Below, one piece after another: positions 9,943 through 19,310 of a stretch of DNA of 64,000 nucleotides (positions are counted from its first letter, which is position 1; every line of letters begins with the position of its first letter). Position numbers and translations under genes: made by a program. The notes under the pieces are model-generated. The model saw nothing but the letters and a program-made list of their open reading frames with translations. It was not told where the DNA came from and ran no database searches. The DNA is from an uncultured bacterium (GTDB lineage: Bacteria > Hydrothermota > UBA3073 > NMUJ01 > CBEVQO01). Location: assembly GCA_965552055.1 (NCBI GenBank), contig CBEVQO010000007.1, positions 1 through 64,000 of the forward strand, given 5' to 3'.

Positions 9943-11048
9943 TTCAATCTTCTTTTATATTCTTTATACAGAGATTTGTCGTTCCTTTTTATATCTTTCA
10001 AAATATCCCAGAATATTTTTTCGGAAAACATCTCTTTTTCTCTCTCAACAAATTTCAAGCATTTTCTTAATCTTTCTGTCCTTTTATTTTTCTTCATCTC
10101 AAGCCAGCCTTTAAGCATCTCAATGGCAAATGTATCCCCGGGAATGTATTCTTTAATCAATTCATCTATATTCCCTCCGGAAAGATAATTTATGTAGCAA
10201 AGATTTATCCTGTTTATCCTGCTAGAACTCAATTTAACTGCCATACGGGCATCGCTCAATGCCTTTCTCAGGTCACCGGCATAAGCATACGCAAGACCTC
10301 TATAAGAATAAGCATCACCATACATTAAATTCATCCTTATCGCTTCTTCAAAATCACAAAGCGCTTTTTTTACATTACCTAAATTAAGATAACACTTACC
10401 CCTGTAGTAATACACTTCATAAGTTTTATTCTTCGAAAGATATTTCGTGAAAACCTCTATAGCCTTCTTAAATTTCCTGCAGTAATACAGAGACTTTCCA
10501 TACATAAGATAAGCAGGCACATAACCGGGTTCGAGTGAAATGCCTTTCTTAAAATATTTTACAGCAGAACCATATCTTCTCATCTTATAATTAATACGGG
10601 CTATGTTGAAACAGGCTTCCGAAGAAAAAGGATTCAAACTCAAAGCCTTTTGAAAATTCGAAAGTGAAAGGGATAATTTGCCCATACTCTCATAAACTGT
10701 GCCAAGATGAAGATATACCTCGTATTTATCGGGTAATATTTCCTTTGCTTTATTTAAATCCGCAAGCGCTGAATCATACTTCCCTTTATATGAGTAATAT
10801 ACGCTCCTGTTGATATAGGCTTCGCCACACCTCGGATTTAACTCAAGCACCTTCTTCAAATCAAGATACGCCGAATCGTATTTGCCTATCTGCAAATAAA
10901 CACCTGAACGACCAAGATACCCCCTGAAATCAGAAGGATAATCCTTAATATACTCACTGTAATATCCTAAAGCCGTTAAATAGTCACCCCTCTTAAATGC
11001 ATCCTCGGCTATCTCAAGATAACCCAAGAAGATAAACAGCACCATCAT
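9939..11048 (-). CDS. Tetratricopeptide repeat protein
   Basis: Multiple 34-aa TPR units; short hydrophobic N-terminus. Confidence 0.88.
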   Translation of the reverse strand: MMVLFIFLGYLEIAEDAFKRGDYLTALGYYSEYIKDYPSDFRGYLGRSGVYLQIGKYDSAYLDLKKVLELNPRCGEAYINRSVYYSYKGKYDSALADLNKAKEILPDKYEVYLHLGTVYESMGKLSLSLSNFQKALSLNPFSSEACFNIARINYKMRRYGSAVKYFKKGISLEPGYVPAYLMYGKSLYYCRKFKKAIEVFTKYLSKNKTYEVYYYRGKCYLNLGNVKKALCDFEEAIRMNLMYGDAYSYRGLAYAYAGDLRKALSDARMAVKLSSSRINRINLCYINYLSGGNIDELIKEYIPGDTFAIEMLKGWLEMKKNKRTERLRKCLKFVEREKEMFSEKIFWDILKDIKRNDKSLYKEYKRRLK

Positions 11049-11130
11049 TAATTATTATAAATCAAGTTCGTAAATTGTCAACAATTTTTTTGAATTTTTT
11101 CTTGACTTTTTATAAGAACAGATATAAATA

Positions 11131-11712
11131 ATGATGATTGTGTTATTAATTCTCCAGATAAGTGAACATTTGCTTGCTTCTGCATTTTTACCGGGTCTCG
11201 GTGAATACATGCTGGATGAAAGAAAAATGGCAGGCAAATTCTTTATCGCAGAAGCAATATGCTGGGGTGGCTTTCTCACACTAAAATATTATGCAAATAA
11301 ATTGAACGAAAACGCAATTGATTTCGCAATACTCAAAGCAGGAGCAAAAAAAGGATTAAAAGAAGATTATTACCTCAAAGTTGAAACCTTTATGTCAAGC
11401 GAAGATTACAACCAGCATATCTGCGACGAAGCAAGATACCTATACCCAGAGAATAGAGATTCTCAACTGGCTTATATTAAAAGAAATACAATAAAAGGCG
11501 ATTCAACATGGAAATGGGGATCAGAAGAAGACTACTTTAAATTCAGAAATATGAGAGCAGAAGCAAGAAAAAGGGAGATGCTAACTTCATGGTTCTCAAA
11601 CGCCCTGTTATTCCTGAGAATACTAAGCGTATTCAATGTAATTAGAATAAAGAAAAGAATAGAAGTAGGAATAGCACCTTGCAAAATTGAAATCTCCTTT
11701 AAATTCAAATGA
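11131..11712 (+). CDS. Hypothetical membrane/exported protein (true start probably 11134)
   Basis: SAFLPGLGEY motif (S..PG.G class); operonic with the next gene. Confidence 0.7.
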   Translation: MMIVLLILQISEHLLASAFLPGLGEYMLDERKMAGKFFIAEAICWGGFLTLKYYANKLNENAIDFAILKAGAKKGLKEDYYLKVETFMSSEDYNQHICDEARYLYPENRDSQLAYIKRNTIKGDSTWKWGSEEDYFKFRNMRAEARKREMLTSWFSNALLFLRILSVFNVIRIKKRIEVGIAPCKIEISFKFK

Positions 11713-14393
11713 CATTATTCTTATTCCTCCTCATATTCGGAGAATTCGGCTACAACAAAATACAATACAAAAATTTTAAATGGGAATCAATAGAAACAGA
11801 ACATTTCACCATCATTTATCAGAAAGGAAGCTTCCCGATAGGTAAATTCGCATCATCCGTTCTCGAAAAGCATTATAAAAGACTAGAAGAAATTTTCGGA
11901 AAACTGGAAAGAAAAGTCCCCGTGATAATATACAACTCACACATCGATTTCCAGCAGACAAATGTGATCCCCCTTATTATAGAAGAAGAAATAGGAGGTT
12001 TTACCGAATTCTTCAAAAACAGAATCTGTGTGCCTTTCGATGGCTCATATGCAAACCTTAAAAGGGTATTACAACACGAATTGACACATGTATTCCAGAG
12101 TAAAAGAGAAACAATACCACTACAGGAAATTTTCCAGACGATAAGATACCCATTATGGTGGATTGAAGGAACAGCAGAGTATTTAGGTGAAGGATGGTCA
12201 CCTGAAGCAGAAGCATTCTTGGCTGACCTCATCTACAATGAAAAATTGAAACCATTAACAGAACTATCTGAAGATGATGGATACCTGCTCTATAAAGAAG
12301 GACAGTCATTTGTTAAATTCATAGCCGAAAGATACGGCGAGAAGAAAATCGGAGAAATACACAGACTTATACCAATAAAGGGGATGAATGGAGCACTGAA
12401 GGCTACAATTGGATTGGGATTGAAACAGGCACAAAGATTATGGAAGGAACATCTAAAAGAAATTTACTGGAAGAAAATCTGCACAAAAGAGGAGATACCG
12501 AAAGAGGCAAAAAGATTGACACGCCATAAAAGAAACTTCTTCAACATCGCACCTGCAATATCTCCAGATGGTAAATTGGTGGCTTTCCTGTCGGATAGGA
12601 AATACTCACACGGAATATACCTGCTCTCAACAACAACGGGAGAGATAAAAAGAAAAATAGCAAAAGGAGGAAGAAAAGGGGGATTCGAATCCTTACACAT
12701 GATGAGAGGAAGATTGGCTTTCTCAAAAGATGGAAAAATAGCTTTCATCGCACAGAAAAATGGAAAAGATGTGCTTTACATATACAGCATCAAAAGGAAA
12801 AAAATAATTTTAAAAAAGAAATTCAAAATGGACGAAATCTATCACCCATATTTTTCACCCGATGGAAAAGAGATAGTATTCAGGGGAATAAAATCGGGCA
12901 AAGCAGACATTTACATCTATGATATCGAAAAAGATATCATAAGAAGATTAACAAACGATATATTCGACGATAGAACACCATCCTTCTCACAAGATGGAAA
13001 ATGGATATATTTCGCATCGGATAGACCGGATAAAAACTGGAATCCCGGATTTTACACGATTTACAGGATAAACAGAGAAGGGAAGATAGAAAAAGTATTG
13101 CCATTGCGAGCAAAAGTTTTAGAAAATCCAATAGAAATAAAAGGTGAGATAATATTCTGTGCCGACTTCGATGGAGTATCAAACATATATTCTTATAAAG
13201 ACGGGAAATTTAAAAAAATAACAAACCTAATAGGAGGAGTGGGCTCATTCTCACTTACCCCTGATGGAAAATGGATGGCTTTCTCATGCTACAACAACAT
13301 GGGATGGGATATTTTCCTGATGAAAGAACCTTTGGAAAAGGGAAAAGAAATAAAAGTCGAAGAAAAGAAACCCGAGGAAGAACTGGTGGAAGTACAATTC
13401 GAAAAAAAGAAATTCGAAAATAAATTGACAACGGATTTCGGAGGAGGGGGATTCACTTTTACCTTCCCGGCTGGTGGATACTACGGACAGATGTATGGAC
13501 AGATATCGGATATACTCGGAAATATTTGCCTGCAATTCTTCATACATTACATATCAGAAGATATAAATTCGATCACAATAGCCCTCTGGAACCTGAGAAG
13601 AAGAACGGATTACGGGATAGGATTCCAGAAGATATCAGATGTTTTCCTCGAAGAAGAAAGCAATTACCTCTATAACATCCACCTATTAACATATCTATCC
13701 CTTTCGCTCCTCCTCGAATATCCTTTCTCAAAATTCGAAAGACTGGAAGGATTGTTATCGGGATATTACCTTTATGATGAAATTTACCTCTATGACTATA
13801 AAAACGATGCGATAATGGATGCAGATACCTTTTCTATAGTTTCTCCATACCTTTACCTTGCTCTCGTAAAAGATAACTCAATATGGTCGAATGTGGGACC
13901 TATGCTCGGCGAGAGAGGAAAAATATGGGTATCAGCGAATTTAGGAAAAAATATAATTTACGGAGCGGATCTGAGAAAATACTTACTCTTTGAGAAATTC
14001 ACCTTTGCACTCAGGTTTAACTATTTGAAAGTAGAAGGAAAAGAAGGGTGGGATAAGATAACTGTATCTTCGGAAAGATTAAGAGCAATAAGGGATTATT
14101 ACAGGGAATGCAATAAACTGGTATCTCTCAATTCAGAAATAAGATTCCCCTTCATAAAATTGCTTTATCTCTCCTTTCCTGAGATTAAAATAAGAAACAT
14201 AAGGGGAGCTCTCATTTGCGATGCGGGATTCATAGACGAAGAACCTTTAATGGCAATAGGATTCGGAATAAGATTACCATTTCTATTACCTGTTATAAGG
14301 GTAGAACTGCTTTGGGAGGTCGATACAAAGACATTCAGCATAAGAAAAGAAGGAAACCCATTCTGGAGAATATCATCTCTTCCTGAATTTTAA
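11709..14393 (+). CDS. Peptidase MA-like + PD40/TolB propeller + BamA/TamA-type beta-barrel outer membrane protein
   Basis: HELTH and EGTAEY gluzincin motifs; SPDGK PD40 repeats; C-terminal EIRFP..GFGIR barrel ending in Phe. Confidence 0.85.
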   Translation: MTLFLFLLIFGEFGYNKIQYKNFKWESIETEHFTIIYQKGSFPIGKFASSVLEKHYKRLEEIFGKLERKVPVIIYNSHIDFQQTNVIPLIIEEEIGGFTEFFKNRICVPFDGSYANLKRVLQHELTHVFQSKRETIPLQEIFQTIRYPLWWIEGTAEYLGEGWSPEAEAFLADLIYNEKLKPLTELSEDDGYLLYKEGQSFVKFIAERYGEKKIGEIHRLIPIKGMNGALKATIGLGLKQAQRLWKEHLKEIYWKKICTKEEIPKEAKRLTRHKRNFFNIAPAISPDGKLVAFLSDRKYSHGIYLLSTTTGEIKRKIAKGGRKGGFESLHMMRGRLAFSKDGKIAFIAQKNGKDVLYIYSIKRKKIILKKKFKMDEIYHPYFSPDGKEIVFRGIKSGKADIYIYDIEKDIIRRLTNDIFDDRTPSFSQDGKWIYFASDRPDKNWNPGFYTIYRINREGKIEKVLPLRAKVLENPIEIKGEIIFCADFDGVSNIYSYKDGKFKKITNLIGGVGSFSLTPDGKWMAFSCYNNMGWDIFLMKEPLEKGKEIKVEEKKPEEELVEVQFEKKKFENKLTTDFGGGGFTFTFPAGGYYGQMYGQISDILGNICLQFFIHYISEDINSITIALWNLRRRTDYGIGFQKISDVFLEEESNYLYNIHLLTYLSLSLLLEYPFSKFERLEGLLSGYYLYDEIYLYDYKNDAIMDADTFSIVSPYLYLALVKDNSIWSNVGPMLGERGKIWVSANLGKNIIYGADLRKYLLFEKFTFALRFNYLKVEGKEGWDKITVSSERLRAIRDYYRECNKLVSLNSEIRFPFIKLLYLSFPEIKIRNIRGALICDAGFIDEEPLMAIGFGIRLPFLLPVIRVELLWEVDTKTFSIRKEGNPFWRISSLPEF

Positions 14394-15142
14394 AGTGAAT
14401 GGCGCTCTACGAATTCTTTGGCGAGTTCCATATAAGCCTTTGCACCACGGGATGAAGAATCGTATAGGAAAACGGGCTTACCATAACTTGGAGCCTCTGC
14501 AAGAGCAACATTGCGGGGAATAAGAGTATTGTAAACCCTTTCTCCCAAATGCTTTCTGACTTCGGCTACCACTTCTTGGGATAATTTAGTCCTCGGGTCA
14601 TACATCGTCAGCAAAACACCATCTATCTTCAAATCGGGATTGAAACTTTTCCTCACCCTCTTTATAGTATCAACGAGTTTACCTAAGCCTTCCATAGCTA
14701 AAAATTCACACTGCAGGGGAATTAAAACGCCTTCGGCAAATGTAAGAGCGTTTACGGTCAGCAAACCAAGTGAAGGAGGGCAGTCAACGAATATGACATC
14801 AAACTTCCCCTTTAAACCTTCAAGAGCCCTCTTCAAAAGGAATTCCCTCTTCGGTAAATAAACCATCTCTACGGCTCCTCCTGCGAGCTGAATGCTCGAG
14901 GGTAAAAGCCACAAATTTTTAACAGGAGAAACCAAAGCTTTTTCAGCAGGAACACCCTCTAAGAGGACTTCATAGATTGTAACCTCTGGCTGGACACCGA
15001 GACCTACTGTAGCATGTGCCTGTGAATCCATATCAACGAGCAAAACCTTCTTATCCATAAAAGCCAGAGCACAGGATAGATTTATGGCTGTAGTGGTCTT
15101 ACCTACCCCGCCCTTTTGATTAGCGATGGCTATCCTCAACAT
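14390..15142 (-). CDS. parA: Chromosome partitioning ATPase ParA/Soj
   Basis: NQKGGVGKTT, DCPPSLG, IPRNVALAEAPSYG. Confidence 0.95.
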   Translation of the reverse strand: MLRIAIANQKGGVGKTTTAINLSCALAFMDKKVLLVDMDSQAHATVGLGVQPEVTIYEVLLEGVPAEKALVSPVKNLWLLPSSIQLAGGAVEMVYLPKREFLLKRALEGLKGKFDVIFVDCPPSLGLLTVNALTFAEGVLIPLQCEFLAMEGLGKLVDTIKRVRKSFNPDLKIDGVLLTMYDPRTKLSQEVVAEVRKHLGERVYNTLIPRNVALAEAPSYGKPVFLYDSSSRGAKAYMELAKEFVERHSL

Positions 15143-15452
15143 GTTTCATGTGAAACATATTTTTTATTCTCTTATCATACTTATAAAAATGATAATCGTT
15201 ATATGTTAAAATTAAGGTGAAGATATGTAAAAAAATCTGGAAATTTTTAGCCTTTTCCTTATAGCCCCTCAGTCCTTCAGGCAACTTGTATAATCCTCCG
15301 GGTTCCTGCAGGATTACGGATGATAAAAAGAGTGCGTTCAGGATGAATCCCTTCTTATGTTCCCCAAGGTAGTGGTGTCCCATACCCGGTATCAAAGAAA
15401 GTGTCATCGCGACCTTCAAATCCTTCGTCAGCAATATCAACAGCAGAAGCAT
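15120..15452 (-). CDS. Hypothetical membrane protein
   Basis: SLIPGMGHHY motif; hydrophobic segments; operonic. Confidence 0.6.
   Translation of the reverse strand: MLLLLILLTKDLKVAMTLSLIPGMGHHYLGEHKKGFILNALFLSSVILQEPGGLYKLPEGLRGYKEKAKNFQIFLHIFTLILTYNDYHFYKYDKRIKNMFHMKHVEDSHR
15142..15157. promoter_or_regulatory. parS site
   Basis: TGTTTCATGTGAAACA, 15/16 match to consensus TGTTTCACGTGAAACA; abuts the parA start codon. Confidence 0.9.
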
Positions 15453-16069
15453 AACCTTAACCTCCCATCGTAAACGGCATAATTACCTATCTCCCATCCA
15501 GACAAAAATACTATCTTTTTATCCCCAATTTCAATTTCAAATGCCTTGTGATAATGTCCAACTATTACATAATCACAATTATTTAATCTTCTCTTAGCTT
15601 CCTTTATCTCTTTCTCTAAACTTCTTCTCTTCGGTAAATTTTCGAGAAATTTTGCAAACCTTAAACCAAACCAGCCAACAAAATCAGGGTGCAAAAACTT
15701 TATTATGCCTCCCAAATATTTTACTGGGGTATCCTGAAAGCTGTGAGCTAAATAAAATATCTTCCCTTCTATTCTGTAAAACCCAGGTGTTATAACATTG
15801 ACACCTATATCCTTCAAAAATGATATCTTAAAAGGGTCATGATTGCCGTGCATATAATTAACTTTCACCCCTTTTTCTATAATCTCTCTCAACTTCCTGA
15901 ACACATTAAAACTCCACTTCGGTATGTAATATTTAAACTCATAATAAAAGTCAAACAAATCTCCTAATATAAATAATTCTCCTCTCACTTTGTCAAGGAA
16001 AGATAAAAATTTTTCTTCATTTTTCGGTAAATGCTGGTCAGAGCAAAAGTAAATCATTTTCCTATGCAA
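15437..16069 (-). CDS. UDP-2,3-diacylglucosamine diphosphatase-like metallophosphoesterase (LpxH family)
   Basis: SDQH, LGDLFDF, GNHD, GHYH motifs. Confidence 0.75.
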   Translation of the reverse strand: MHRKMIYFCSDQHLPKNEEKFLSFLDKVRGELFILGDLFDFYYEFKYYIPKWSFNVFRKLREIIEKGVKVNYMHGNHDPFKISFLKDIGVNVITPGFYRIEGKIFYLAHSFQDTPVKYLGGIIKFLHPDFVGWFGLRFAKFLENLPKRRSLEKEIKEAKRRLNNCDYVIVGHYHKAFEIEIGDKKIVFLSGWEIGNYAVYDGRLRLCFCC

Positions 16070-17346
16070 AAATTCCTAAAAATCAAATCAAGGATATCTT
16101 TCCTTTTCTCTTCTCCGAGCAATATCCTTACCCTTTTCAAAGTCTCCTTCACACATTCTGCTATGAGTTCAAAATATCCTTCACTTAAACCTTCTTCCAG
16201 AAACCTGACCCCCTCTCTCAAAACATCATCAGTAAAAGTATGAGAAGTTACCTTTTCAGCTTCAACTTTCAAAGAATGCAAAAGCTCATTTATCCCTCTC
16301 CCCTCCTTTGCGGATACTTTCAAACCGTCGAACTCCCTATCTTTCAAATCTATTTTGTTCATACATTTTATTATCCTTTTCCCCTTTATCATCTCCATCA
16401 TTTTCCTATCCTCTTCTTTTTCTCCTTCCACAGCATCACAGAGATATATCACAATGTCTGCAGTACGCAAAACCTTCAATGTTTGTCTTACGCCTTCTTT
16501 CTCAATGGGGTCTTCTGTCTCCCTCAATCCACAGGTATCTATTAACTTCACAGGTATTCCATCTATCTTTATCCAATCTTCTATCGCATCTCTCGTTGTA
16601 CCAGGATATGATGTAACAATTGCCCTTCTCTTCTTCAGTAAAGCGTTGAACAAACTGGATTTACCAACATTCGGTCTACCTGTTATCGCAACACTAACAC
16701 CATCGGAATATAAACTGCGTCTCTCCTCTTCCCTCATTAAATCCCTTATTTCTTCCAGAACTTTTTTCATTCTATCTTTCACATTCTCAACTTTGACTTC
16801 CGAAACTTCAGGAAAATTTATATCAAGTTCAAGTAACATCTCTATCTCTTCTAACTTCCTTTCTATCTCCTTCAATTTTTTAGTAACTTCTCCCCCTAAT
16901 TTTTTTACGCCTTCTATCAATCCTTTCCTGGTTCTTGCTTTAACTATCTCGAGAATCGCTTCTGCTTTTGTTATATCTATTCTTCCGTTTAAAAGGGCTC
17001 TCCTTGTGAACTCTCCTGGTTCTGCCTGTCTTGCTCCTGCTTTTATCAAAACTTTTAAAACTTCACGGGGGGCTGCTAATCCCCCATGGGTACCTATTTC
17101 AACCATGTCCTCCCTTGTATATGTCCTTGGAGCTCTCATAACGGTTAATAAAACTTCATCTATCTCTTCTCCTGTTTCTGGGTCAACTATTTTCCCATAA
17201 TGAACAGTATGCGAAGGTGCTTCTGATGGCTTTATCTTACCTTTAAAAACTTTATCAGCTACCTCCAAACATCCTTCTCCCGACATCCTTACAACGGCTA
17301 TCCCTGATTCGCCAAGCGGTGTGGATATCGCACAAATTACATCCAT
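16054..17346 (-). CDS. mnmE: tRNA modification GTPase
   Basis: GEFTRRALLNGRID, GRPNVGKSS, GTTRD, C-terminal FCIGK. Confidence 0.97.
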   Translation of the reverse strand: MDVICAISTPLGESGIAVVRMSGEGCLEVADKVFKGKIKPSEAPSHTVHYGKIVDPETGEEIDEVLLTVMRAPRTYTREDMVEIGTHGGLAAPREVLKVLIKAGARQAEPGEFTRRALLNGRIDITKAEAILEIVKARTRKGLIEGVKKLGGEVTKKLKEIERKLEEIEMLLELDINFPEVSEVKVENVKDRMKKVLEEIRDLMREEERRSLYSDGVSVAITGRPNVGKSSLFNALLKKRRAIVTSYPGTTRDAIEDWIKIDGIPVKLIDTCGLRETEDPIEKEGVRQTLKVLRTADIVIYLCDAVEGEKEEDRKMMEMIKGKRIIKCMNKIDLKDREFDGLKVSAKEGRGINELLHSLKVEAEKVTSHTFTDDVLREGVRFLEEGLSEGYFELIAECVKETLKRVRILLGEEKRKDILDLIFRNFCIGK

Positions 17347-17408
17347 CTTAAATTTTAATCAATTTTTGAAAATGTCAACTTGACAAAGGAACTTTTAAAT
17401 TATAATTT

Positions 17409-19310
17409 ATGATGATTTTCTTCTTACTCATCTCCCTTTACGAGCTATCAAGATGGGGTGAGGGCATATCTTACGCTATCCATTATCGCAATGGAAAAGC
17501 TTATATCGGAACAGGGACATGTGTGAAAGTTTATGATGTTAAAAATCCTCTTTCACCTTCCCTTTTAGCATCAAAAAATTTCTCATATAAAATAAAGGCA
17601 ATAACAAGCGGGGATTATGTTTTCATCGGCTCCGAATATAAAGTTTATGTAACCGATTCCAATCTTAATGTGCTCTCCACAATTGAGCTCTCTTATCCCT
17701 TATGGTGTCTCTATTACTCACCACCTTATCTCTATATTGGTGGCAAATACTTATCAAAATGGGATTTGCACGATGTAAACTCTCCTTCTCTTGTGAAATC
17801 AATAGATGCCGGTACAGAGATTTATGACATCAAAGTACAAACTCTTTATGGTTTACCTGAAAAGGAAAAGAAAATTTTATGCGCCACTTTTGATGGGCTT
17901 AAAATTTTTGATGGTGATTTAAATTTATTATCTTCTCTGTCTCTCCCCTATGGTATATCCCTGTGGACTGAAGGAAGTGTAATTTACTTTTTAACACTCG
18001 CAGGTCTATTTACAGTTGACCCTTCCGGGGGCGATGCTCCGACGATTGTATCACTGCTATCTCTACCAGGTGTCTCCTATAAATTGGTAAAAAAAGAAAA
18101 TTATATCTTTGTAACAAATTCCGAAGGGATAAAAGTAATCGATGTTTCAAATCCACAGAATTTAAATCTCCTCTCTCAAACAAATCTACAGGGCTTTGCG
18201 ATTGACACAGCAGGTTACAATCTTATTACATCTTATTCTGACTTCTCAATTATAAATGCATGTAAACCCGAATCACTCTACTTGATTCACACAGAAAAAT
18301 TACAAGGATACGCAAAAGATTTAGAAAAAGACTCATCTTACATATACTTCCTGACACAAAATTTCTTCAATATTCTGGATACAGCTCTGAATCTGATTTC
18401 TTCAGCACCTGTAAATTTTAATGCAAATGCTTTTACAGTACATGATACTTTCGCATTTATAGTTGGCGATAGTTTAAAAATATTAAACATTTCATCTATT
18501 CCTCCTCATTCCATTTACTGTGGCAATCTTGAAAAAGAAGGTCTTTTCGCAAAAATAAAAGATACATTGCTCTTTATTTGCGATGGAAATATTGAAATTT
18601 ATAATGTTAAAGATCCACAAAATCCTCTTAAAGTATCAGAAATTACAACTCCCGGTAAAGCTAAATATCTTGCGTTAAAAGGTGATACAATTTTTATCTG
18701 TGATGATATAATAAGGGTTTACGATATTTCTGAAATTTCTCTCCCTACGCAGATAGCACAATACGAAATATATAACCCCATAGAGGTCAAAATATCAGAT
18801 AGTATTCTTGCTGTATCAAATGGCGATTTTTATTTACTCAATATATCGAATCTTTCTTCGATTACTCCTATTGCAGAATACAATTTTGATAATGCCTCTT
18901 ACTTTGATTTTATCGTCCCATCAGATTATACAGATAGATGCTTTGCCATAATTCGCGGTAATTTGATTTATTTAAATGTCGGATTTGATGAAGATGCGCA
19001 TAAACCTCCATCACCACCTGTTGATTTGCTACTCATACCCCATTATCAAATCTGTTTCTGGTATCTGGAGATTTACTCTGCTGAGTACGACTGCGGGATA
19101 GCGAAATATAAAACAAAAGCGTTTCAGATACAGGAAAAAAGGCAAAATTATCACTATCCAAAAACTTATTTGATAACCGATGCAAAAGATTTCAAAAAAT
19201 TTGATAAGATTTATGACATAACCGGAAGAATTGTGAAAGACATCAAAAAATCAGGAATTTATATAGGAGAGAAGGCAGGTTTTAAATTTAAAATTATTTT
19301 CATAAGATGA
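17409..19310 (+). CDS. Exported LVIVD-repeat beta-propeller protein with C-terminal sorting-like tail (true start probably 17412)
   Basis: Repeats such as IKVIDVSNP and IYNVKDPQNP; tail KIYDITGRIVK..SGIY resembles T9SS-CTD/FlgD-Ig tails. Confidence 0.75.
   Translation: MMIFFLLISLYELSRWGEGISYAIHYRNGKAYIGTGTCVKVYDVKNPLSPSLLASKNFSYKIKAITSGDYVFIGSEYKVYVTDSNLNVLSTIELSYPLWCLYYSPPYLYIGGKYLSKWDLHDVNSPSLVKSIDAGTEIYDIKVQTLYGLPEKEKKILCATFDGLKIFDGDLNLLSSLSLPYGISLWTEGSVIYFLTLAGLFTVDPSGGDAPTIVSLLSLPGVSYKLVKKENYIFVTNSEGIKVIDVSNPQNLNLLSQTNLQGFAIDTAGYNLITSYSDFSIINACKPESLYLIHTEKLQGYAKDLEKDSSYIYFLTQNFFNILDTALNLISSAPVNFNANAFTVHDTFAFIVGDSLKILNISSIPPHSIYCGNLEKEGLFAKIKDTLLFICDGNIEIYNVKDPQNPLKVSEITTPGKAKYLALKGDTIFICDDIIRVYDISEISLPTQIAQYEIYNPIEVKISDSILAVSNGDFYLLNISNLSSITPIAEYNFDNASYFDFIVPSDYTDRCFAIIRGNLIYLNVGFDEDAHKPPSPPVDLLLIPHYQICFWYLEIYSAEYDCGIAKYKTKAFQIQEKRQNYHYPKTYLITDAKDFKKFDKIYDITGRIVKDIKKSGIYIGEKAGFKFKIIFIR

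Noticed and set aside
16355..17200. Long antisense ORFs (281 aa opposite mnmE; also 51884-52519, 47197-47751 and others)
   Set aside because: Ser/Phe/Ile-rich shadows of Lys/Glu-rich sense genes with no recognisable motifs.
14390..17400. oriC within the window
   Set aside because: No dnaA gene and no cluster of TTATCCACA boxes noticed; only proximity is inferred.
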